Shown piece by piece: positions 56,585 through 64,000 of a DNA stretch of 64,000 nt. The first letter of the stretch is position 1. Every line of letters starts with the position of its first letter. The notes beneath the pieces are model-generated. The model did no database searches and had not been told where the DNA came from. It was given only the letters and a program-made list of their open reading frames with translations. The translations under genes were made by a program, and so were the position numbers. The DNA comes from Steroidobacteraceae bacterium (GTDB lineage Bacteria; Pseudomonadota; Gammaproteobacteria; Steroidobacterales; Steroidobacteraceae): NCBI GenBank assembly GCA_036267195.1, contig DATAWM010000018.1:2477-66476 (forward strand), read 5' to 3'.

Positions 56585-57895
56585 ATGCGATTCACACCGA
56601 AGTGGGGACGTGCTGCAGCCTGCCTGACGGTGCCGCCCGCCGTGGTCGTTGCGGTCGCGGCGCTCGCTCTGGGCGCCACGACCGCGCGGGCTACCGGGGC
56701 GGCGCCGGCCGCCGCGGATGCCGGGACACGGTCCGTTCCGGCGTTCACGCCCGGACAACTGGCCGCGTATCCGCTGGACGGCTGGCTCACCAATGGCGGT
56801 GACCTGTCCAATCAGCGCTACTCACCGCTCGCGCTGATCGACCGCGGCAATGTGTCGCAGCTCAAGGCGCGCTGGCGCGCATCGCTCAACGGGTCCGGCC
56901 TCAATCCCCGCGACGGCAACCAGGCCCAGCCCATCGTCTATGACGGCGTCATCTACGTCACGACCGGCGACAGCGATGCCTTCGCCGTGGATCTCTAAAC
57001 CGGAAAGGTCCTGTGGGAGTTTCAGGCTCACGTCGATCCGAAGGTGGCTCGTCCCTGCTGCGGGTGGCCGGGCCGCGGCGTGGCGATCGGTGACGGCCGG
57101 GTGTATGTCGGAGAGCTCGATGCCCGGCTGATCGCGCTCGATCAGCACACCGGCAAAGTTCTTTGGTCGGTACAGGCCGAGGATCCGAAGCTCGGGTACG
57201 TGATCGCGATGGCGCCGCTGTACTACGGCGGCCTGGTGATCACCGGTTTCGGCGGCAGCGACATGGGAACGCGCGGGCGCGTGAAAGCCTACGACGCCCG
57301 GACCGGCGAGCTGCGCTGGACGTTCTACACGGTGCCCGGACCGGGACAGTTCGGCCACGACACCTGGCCGCAGAACAGCGAGGTCTGGAAACATGGCGGG
57401 GCGGCCGTATGGGGCCAGACGCCCGCGGTCGACCCCGAGCTCGGCCTGATCTACTTCTCCTCGGCCGGCGCCTCGCACGTCGCCGACTACGTCGCGCACC
57501 TCGCCAACAGCGGCGTCGCCGACAGCGGCGCGAGACCGATGATCGCGGGAGCCATCCTGACCTCCGGTTTCTACGATCTGGGCCATCGGGTGTCGATCTG
57601 GAAGGATTACTACGGGTCCGACGTTTCCAAGTACGCCGAACGATCCTCACTGCCCGGTTTGTTGAAGACCGCGACGCCACTGCTGGTCACGGGAGCCGAG
57701 CTCGATTTCGAGCTGGCTCGTACGCAGATGGCTGAACTCGTGGCGGCACGGGCCGCCGCCGGCAAGCCCGTGAGCCCGGTGTTGCTGCCCAATCACTCGC
57801 ATATGTCCGAGCTCTACGCCGTCGGCACCGCCGATGAATCGCTTTCCGGACCGGTGCTGCAGTTCATTCGCCGGGTCTCGGCCAAGAAGCACTGA
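56585..57895 (+). pseudogene. Chimeric pseudogene: PQQ-dependent dehydrogenase N-terminal part (in-frame TAA at 56996-56998) fused to the C-terminal half of an alpha/beta hydrolase
   Basis: The signal peptide plus W..NGGDLSNQRYSPL...VIYVTTGDSDAFAVDL-TAA-TGKVLW...GRVYVGELDARLIALDQHTGKVLW...DPELGLIYF is quinoprotein-like. From about 57456 the same frame continues as SSAGASHVADY...LVTGAELDF...HSHMSE, which is the hydrolase nucleophile elbow to catalytic His. Confidence 0.75.
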
Positions 57896-57954
57896 ATACA
57901 TCGCACGGCGGGCGCACGAGGCAAGGTGTAGCACCAGCGGGCCCGATCTGCTAA

Positions 57955-57966
57955 GTTACATGTAAC
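57955..57966. promoter_or_regulatory. Perfect 12-bp palindrome GTTACATGTAAC upstream of the antitoxin gene (candidate operator)
   Basis: Read directly. It ends about 7 nt before the GGAGG RBS of the antitoxin ORF. Confidence 0.5.
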
Positions 57967-57984
57967 CATGATGGAGGCGTCATA

Positions 57985-58200
57985 TTGCAGGGTTCTCGCT
58001 CGTCACGTGACAAAGTACGGACGCACCGTGCACGCCTGCGTGCACAAGGGTTAAGGCCGGTGCAGATCTGGGTCCCGGATGTACGAGCGCGCTCGTTCAT
58101 CTCTGCGGCGCGCAAGCAATCCAGTGCCGTAGCCGAGAGTACCCACGCCGGGAAGGATCAACGCTTCATCGATGGGGTGTCGGAGGATCTCCCGAAGTGA
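57985..58200 (+). CDS. MazE-like antitoxin (DUF3018-type)
   Basis: KVRTHRARLRAQGLRPVQIWVPDVR matches the DUF3018/MazE-like antitoxin pattern as I remember it. TTG start with a GGAGG RBS. The stop overlaps the toxin start (GTGA). Confidence 0.75.
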   Translation: MQGSRSSRDKVRTHRARLRAQGLRPVQIWVPDVRARSFISAARKQSSAVAESTHAGKDQRFIDGVSEDLPK

Positions 58201-58526
58201 AGCGCGGAGAGGTCTGGACCGTGTCGGGTGGTGCCGCTTACGCAGGCAAGCCGCGACCGGCGGTGATCGTGCAGGAGGACCGGTTTGAGGCCACCAGCTC
58301 CATTACGCTCTGCGCCTTCACCACGGATCCGACGGACGCACCTTTATTGCGCCTGCTGATCGAGCCGACAGATAACAATGGCCTCAAGAACGCCTCGCGG
58401 CTGATTATCGACAAAGTCACCACAGTGCCGAAGACACGGCTCGTCAAGCGCATCGGTGCGCTTGACGACGAGGACACGGTGCGACTGAACCGCGCGTTGA
58501 CAGTATTCCTCGGACTCGCCAGATGA
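58197..58526 (+). CDS. PemK/MazF family type II toxin (endoribonuclease)
   Basis: MKRGEVWTVSGG...GKPRPAVIVQ...ITLCAFTT...DKVTTVPK is a typical MazF/PemK layout. 109 aa. Confidence 0.85.
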   Translation: MKRGEVWTVSGGAAYAGKPRPAVIVQEDRFEATSSITLCAFTTDPTDAPLLRLLIEPTDNNGLKNASRLIIDKVTTVPKTRLVKRIGALDDEDTVRLNRALTVFLGLAR

Positions 58527-58549
58527 TCCGACGCAGACAATAATTCCCG

Positions 58550-59485
58550 TCACGCGCGCAGCGTAGCCGCGGCTCCTGGGCGAACGAACTGATGCTGGTG
58601 AAACAGCGCCTGCGCCTGCGGCCCCGCGAGCCACTGCAGGAAAGCCGCCGCGCCCCTGGGGTTGGCGCCGCCTTCCAGAGCGGCGGCATAGAACACCAGA
58701 GGTTCCGGGTAGTAGGTCTTTCCTCCTATGAGCAAGCTGATGTCCGGATGCTTCGCCTGGACGTCCAGTCTGCTGAGGTTGATGTCCGCGGGCAGCGTGA
58801 CGTATGGGAGCTGGCTCGAAGCCACGCCGGTCTTGTAGGACGTGCTCGCGTCCAACTCGCCGCTGTGCAGGCGTGCCTGAACGCCTGGAATGATCTGCTG
58901 CGGATTGAGCGCGGCGCCGAGAGTCCTGCGCACCAGATCCGGTTGGTGGTACTTTTTGGCGGCAAGCATCATGGCAAAGATGATGGCTCGAGCTCCCGGG
59001 TCGCCCGTGGGATCGCCACGCCCGATGCGCAACCCGGGTTCCTGCAGGATCTCCCACCAGTTCGCGCGGCCGTTCGCGGCAGCCGCAAAGCGAGCCGCAA
59101 AACGACTCTTCGGGCTATAAACGAGCACCAGCTCTGTGCGGGCAATGGGCCGCGCCGCATCCGCCTTGCCCGCGTGCATGACGGTCAGCATGGGACTCGC
59201 CGTTATCGGGATGAACACATCCGCCCGCAGCTGGCCGCTGACGATCAGTTTGGCCACGGCATCGGCGCCTTGCGCGTGAGTGTGCAGGCCCAAATGCAGG
59301 GCTGTCGCGACCGACGTCTTGAGCGGACCTCCCAGCATCCAACGCATGGATCCCGCCGATGCGACCTCCAGATCCGCCAGATCTTCGGCCGACAGACGGA
59401 CGGGGTGCCCGGCGGCCACGGCTGCGGCGATCAGTGCAGCGCCACGCAGCAGCAGTTGTCGTCTATCAAGGGTTGTAATAGCCAC
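58550..59485 (-). CDS. Periplasmic substrate-binding protein (ModA/PBP2-like) with a TAT-type signal; orphan, with no transporter genes adjacent
   Basis: LDRRQLLLRGAALIAAAVAAG signal. The PBP-like body reads VFIPITASP...GDPTGDPGA. Start at GTG 59485, preceded by AAGGAG. Confidence 0.65.
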   Translation of the reverse strand: MAITTLDRRQLLLRGAALIAAAVAAGHPVRLSAEDLADLEVASAGSMRWMLGGPLKTSVATALHLGLHTHAQGADAVAKLIVSGQLRADVFIPITASPMLTVMHAGKADAARPIARTELVLVYSPKSRFAARFAAAANGRANWWEILQEPGLRIGRGDPTGDPGARAIIFAMMLAAKKYHQPDLVRRTLGAALNPQQIIPGVQARLHSGELDASTSYKTGVASSQLPYVTLPADINLSRLDVQAKHPDISLLIGGKTYYPEPLVFYAAALEGGANPRGAAAFLQWLAGPQAQALFHQHQFVRPGAAATLRA

Positions 59486-59672
59486 GTTCCCGCTCCTTAC
59501 GATCGCATCAAGACCCGATACCGTGTACGTCCTCGTGATAGGCGCGAGCATGCCGAGCTTTCGCGCAGTGAGCATAGCCGATTTCGTTGTATACCCTACA
59601 ATACTACGAAGTTGAACCGCCGCGCAGACGCTGCTCGCGTCGAGCGAGTCCAGCTACGCTACCGGCCTGGGC

Positions 59673-60104
59673 ATGGTCATCGCGCCCGGCGAGGCCGAAG
59701 GCGACCACTGCAACCGTCATCAGGGTGCAGATCAGTGGCTCTACGTGGTCAGCGGCGCGGGCCGAGCCCTGGTCAACGGCCGGCGCGTGCCACTGAGCGC
59801 CGGTGTGATGCTGCTCATCGAGCGACGCGACCGGCACGAGATCCGCAACACGGGGCGGACTGCGCTCAAGACGCTCAACTACTACTCGCCGCCGGCCTAT
59901 ACGCGGGCGGGCGGTGAGCTGGCGGCGGCCCGCCGGACATACATGCCCTGTGCTTGGCGAGAATGCGTGAGGGACGCGCAGGAGTCTATCGGGACAGTTT
60001 CCATGTCATCATCGGCTCGGCTGCCCAAGATTCATAGTCTTCATCGGTACCCGGCGGGACGATTCGAGAATTCGACTGAAGGCAAGATTTTTCGCGACGA
60101 ATGA
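59673..60104 (+). CDS. Cupin domain protein, probably decayed at both ends
   Basis: Core: PGEAEGDHCNRHQGADQWLYVVSGAGRALVNGRRVPLSAGVMLLIERRDRHEIRNTG...LNYYSPPAY. Cupin-like residues (LLASSESSYATGLG) continue upstream of the ATG but are cut by TGA at 59613. The last approx 55 codons run through lower-GC sequence that does not look coding. Confidence 0.5.
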   Translation: MVIAPGEAEGDHCNRHQGADQWLYVVSGAGRALVNGRRVPLSAGVMLLIERRDRHEIRNTGRTALKTLNYYSPPAYTRAGGELAAARRTYMPCAWRECVRDAQESIGTVSMSSSARLPKIHSLHRYPAGRFENSTEGKIFRDE

Positions 60105-60152
60105 ACCGACGCTGTCGGTAGCGCCGAATACGGCACAGGGAGTTAGCAAACT

Positions 60153-61064
60153 ATGTACGTGCCGATCGGGGGCATTGACCAGTGGATTCAGATCGGGAAC
60201 GGCGAGTCGGACCATCCGATACTGCTGTATTTGCATGGTGGGCCCGGAGGGACTTCGGTACCCGCAGCAGCCGCGTGGAGACCATGGGAGGAGCACTTCG
60301 CGGTAGTCCACTGGGACCAACGCGGCGCAGGCCGCACGTTTGCCAAGAACGGCGAGATCGGGTGCGGCGCGTTGACGGTAGAGCGCATGGTTCGCGACGG
60401 CCTCGAAGTCGCCGAGTTCCTGATTGCCCATCTGCGCAGGCCGAAAGTTCTTCTGGTTGGGCACTCTTGGGGATCGGCATTGGGCGTCCACATGGTCAAG
60501 CGGCGCCCCGAACTCTTCTCCGCGTTCGTGGGTACCGGGCAGCTTGTGAACATGCGGCAGAACGAGGAGTACAACTACCGACGACAGTTGGAACAAGCCG
60601 AGCGTATAGGAAACGAAGAGGCCGTGCAGGCCTTACGCGCTATCGGTCCACCTCCATTTTTGGACGGGAGTTCGTTGAAAACGCTACGTGACTGGGCGGA
60701 TCGGCTAGCCGAGGGTGACGGTGATCCCGTCCAACCACGTCCCAGCCCAAGGTTCGCCGGCTTTACCGCCGATGAGGTTCCCACCATGCTCAAAGGGGCC
60801 GAGTTCTCCCGCAGGGAGCTCTACGAAGAGCTGACGACGATTGATCTGCCGTCCCTCGGAATCACCTTCGGGGTACCGATCTTCTTTTTTCACGGTACCT
60901 GTGACCAACAGACGCCGATGGAATTGGCGGAGCGGTACTTCGCGAGGATCGTGGCCCCGCACAAAGAGTTCGTGCGCTTCGCCAGCTGCCACCACTTCGT
61001 CGTGATGAACCGACCAGAAGCCTTCTTGCGGGAGCTCGTCGCGCGCGTGCGCCCGCTGCTGTAG
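60153..61064 (+). CDS. Alpha/beta hydrolase (proline iminopeptidase-like)
   Basis: ILLYLHGGPGG...WDQRGAGRT...LVGHSWGSALG...FFHGTCD...CHHF. Confidence 0.8.
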   Translation: MYVPIGGIDQWIQIGNGESDHPILLYLHGGPGGTSVPAAAAWRPWEEHFAVVHWDQRGAGRTFAKNGEIGCGALTVERMVRDGLEVAEFLIAHLRRPKVLLVGHSWGSALGVHMVKRRPELFSAFVGTGQLVNMRQNEEYNYRRQLEQAERIGNEEAVQALRAIGPPPFLDGSSLKTLRDWADRLAEGDGDPVQPRPSPRFAGFTADEVPTMLKGAEFSRRELYEELTTIDLPSLGITFGVPIFFFHGTCDQQTPMELAERYFARIVAPHKEFVRFASCHHFVVMNRPEAFLRELVARVRPLL

Positions 61065-61127
61065 GCGTTGCCTTCGTAAATTACCGTTAAAGTAGTCCCG
61101 CCGGACGTGTCATCGGGCGCGCGGCCC

Positions 61128-62267
61128 CTACGGTTCTGGCAGGCTCAGCTTGTAATGCGTGGAGCGGCCGCTGCCGATGGGAACGAGACAGCCCTTGTCA
61201 ACCAGAGCAGCAAGGTCGCGCTGCGCCGTTGCCGAGCTCGCCTTCGTCAGGTTGGCGTACTTCCTGTTCGTCATCCCGCCCTCGAACCCGCCGGGTTCCG
61301 CATCGAGCATGCGATTAAGAGCCTTGAGCTGACGTTCATTGAGCTCGCTCTGGGCGTGCCGCATCCAGAAGCGCGCCTTCCGCAGCACTGTCGTCACCAG
61401 CAATTCGCTGGACCGGATGGCCGCCTCTACCTGCTCGAGGAACCATAGCAGCCAGGGTGTGATGTCCAGATGACCCGAGGACGTACGCTCGAGCGCGGCG
61501 TAGTACGCTTCGCGCTGGTCCATGAACCGTGCTGACATGCTGTAGAGCCGCACCGAGCGGTGTTCGTCCTGGGCCAGCGACATATCAAGCACTGCACGGC
61601 CGACGCGGCCGTTGCCGTCCTCGAAGGGATGGAGGATTTCGAACCAGGTATGCGCCAGGCCGGCGCGAAGCAGCGTATCGAGGCCAGCGGGCGGGCCGTT
61701 GAACCATTTCAGGTAGGTGCGTAATTCGCCACCGAGCCTGGTGCGCGGTGGCGCCTCGTAATGCACCCGCTCGCGGCCGATTGGGCCGGAGACGATCCGC
61801 ATCGGTGCCTTGCCGCGAAGTGCCCCGACGCGGATTTTCAGCAGCCCGGAGCGTCCCGTCGGGAAAAGCGCGCCCTGCCATGCGCACAGCCGCTTAAGGG
61901 TCAGCGGTTGGTCGTGGCGCTGTGTCGCGTCAAGGAGTAGCTCGACGAGCCCTTCCACGGCGCGGGAGGGGCGCTGCAGACCACCGGTCGGCAGACCAAG
62001 CCGGCGTGCGATGGAGCTTCGCAAGGCATCCGGATTGAGAATCTCTCCCTCGATGGCACTCGTCATCTGGCCCTCGAGCGTGAGAATCTCGAGCTGGGCG
62101 GAAAGATCGAGCTTCGAATCGAGCAGACGCGCAACGCCGGAGAGCTCACCCTGTGCTCGGCGCACCCGCGACAGACCTGGAGACAATGCAGCGGTGTCCC
62201 AGGAAAACATCGGCCACTTTGGGTGCTGCCAGATCCAGTGCCGGGGACGTGTACCTGCGGCGACCAT
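61128..62267 (-). CDS. Fic family protein (class II type, N-terminal inhibitory motif, C-terminal winged helix)
   Basis: Fic motif HPFEDGNGRVGR. Putative inhibitory motif TSAIEG, of the (S/T)xxxE(G/N) type, lies upstream. The N-terminal WIWQHPKWPMFSWD is typical of the DUF4172-Fic architecture. Start at ATG 62267 with a GAGGTG RBS and a TATAAT box at 62290-62295. Confidence 0.85.
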   Translation of the reverse strand: MVAAGTRPRHWIWQHPKWPMFSWDTAALSPGLSRVRRAQGELSGVARLLDSKLDLSAQLEILTLEGQMTSAIEGEILNPDALRSSIARRLGLPTGGLQRPSRAVEGLVELLLDATQRHDQPLTLKRLCAWQGALFPTGRSGLLKIRVGALRGKAPMRIVSGPIGRERVHYEAPPRTRLGGELRTYLKWFNGPPAGLDTLLRAGLAHTWFEILHPFEDGNGRVGRAVLDMSLAQDEHRSVRLYSMSARFMDQREAYYAALERTSSGHLDITPWLLWFLEQVEAAIRSSELLVTTVLRKARFWMRHAQSELNERQLKALNRMLDAEPGGFEGGMTNRKYANLTKASSATAQRDLAALVDKGCLVPIGSGRSTHYKLSLPEP

Positions 62268-62457
62268 AAACACCTCATAAAGTGAGGCGATTATAGGCAC
62301 GAACCACCTCAGTGGTCCACTGGAAACGCTTCACGGTGTGAGGCGATAGACCGTCGAAAATCGCCTCAGTCGGAACTGCCAGGGTCGCGAATGGCTGATA
62401 AGCGTTGGCAACCGATCGCGGAGGCGAAATGAATTGAATTTATAGGCAGTTACGCAC

Positions 62458-62487
62458 AAAAAAGCCCGCATCGCTGCGGGCTTTTTT
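62458..62487. terminator. Bidirectional rho-independent terminator downstream of ssrA
   Basis: AAAAAA-GCCCGCA-TCGC-TGCGGGC-TTTTTT. Confidence 0.85.
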
Positions 62488-62496
62488 GTGTTGACT

Positions 62497-62850
62497 TGGT
62501 GGAGGCGGCGGGAATTGAACCCGCGTCCGCAAGCCCTAGACTTCAGGATCTACGCGCGTAGCCGATTCTTTGTTTCTCATCCGACGCTACCCGAATGGCA
62601 GGGAAGACGGCAGACCAGCAGACGGTAACTCTTAACGCTGCAACCCGTCGCACACGGCAGCGCGATCCTATGAGCGCGTCCCCTGGTTCAGTCGCATAGG
62701 CACGAGCTGGTCAGAGGTCAGCTGCGATTAGGCAGCTAGAGCGTAGTTGTCGTCGTTGGCAACTGATGTTTGCAGCAGTGTTTAACGAGGGCCACTGCAC
62801 CTCGGCACGCCCCTGAAGGTTCGCAACCCACGTCGAAACCGGTCGCCCCC
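62497..62850 (-). ncRNA. ssrA: tmRNA (SsrA)
   Basis: On the minus strand the 5' end is GGGGGCGACCGGTTTCGACG and the 3' end is GGACGCGGGTTCAATTCCCGCCGCCTCCACCA. The tag reading frame GCC AAC GAC GAC AAC TAC GCT CTA GCT GCC TAA gives ANDDNYALAA. Confidence 0.95.
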
Positions 62851-62907
62851 TTCAAAGCACCCCCGGAGTATAGCACCTCCGGTGCCTGGGCTTTCCCGCA
62901 GCACGTC

Positions 62908-64000
<1,093 letters not shown>

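Noticed and set aside
55601-56998. 465-aa plus-strand ORF suggesting a long PQQ-dehydrogenase N-terminus.
   Set aside because: Its first approx 330 codons are antisense to the PAP2 gene. The signal peptide begins at ATG 56585.
57961-57985. Possible far-end att repeat of the ssrA 3' end (CATGATGGAGGCGTCATATTG versus CTTGGTGGAGGCGGCGGGAATTG).
   Set aside because: Only the TGGAGGCG core and ATTG match. The GGAGG is more simply explained as the RBS of the antitoxin gene.
58592-59917. 441-aa plus-strand ORF.
   Set aside because: It is antisense to the binding-protein gene and runs across its promoter region into the cupin gene. It is Arg-rich shadow sequence.

Overview
This is a very GC-rich chromosomal segment, judged by eye rather than computed. 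Its gene content and the tmRNA tag ANDDNYALAA fit a gamma-proteobacterium-like genome. All calls come from reading the sequence and ORF translations; no database search was run. Start codons were chosen by eye from RBS signals, overlaps and family length.

Most of the window is core housekeeping, packed tightly, with many 1-4 nt start/stop overlaps (GTGA/ATGA):
- An envelope/stress string on the minus strand: gcvR-bcp-PIN/PhoH-bepA-mlaA-ABC ATPase-permease.
- dapA plus a mini-lipoprotein, then tRNA-Ser(GGA), SRP RNA, dnaX-ybaB-recR, rsgA, orn and prc.
- aguB, a MarR regulator, and a HemD-like gene divergent from cysD-cysNC.
- A Hanks-type kinase followed by a five-haem cytochrome c.
- A stress/detox-like cluster: GMC oxidoreductase, SDR, DoxX, cupin, lactonase, VOC protein, KGG protein, second SDR.
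- slt and phosphoketolase.
- A nitrate-assimilation operon, nirB - NirD/FAD-reductase fusion - nasA, with a sigma-54 promoter and a leader terminator.
- A DUF1800/DUF1501 pair and a GT39/PAP2 pair.

The only clearly accessory stretch is about 57.4-62.5 kb. It begins at a broken, chimeric PQQ-dehydrogenase pseudogene and ends at the 3' end of ssrA. It carries mazEF-like genes, an orphan TAT-signal binding protein, a decayed cupin gene, a hydrolase and a class-II Fic protein.

I found no CRISPR array, rRNA, transposase or integrase. The candidates I rate most worth follow-up are:
- the kinase/Calx-beta-like/pentahaem-cytochrome module;
- the ssrA-flanking islet and its chimeric pseudogene boundary;
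- the tRNA-Ser 3'-end fragments;
- the nas leader and the NirD fusion.

None of these is proven novel from sequence alone.
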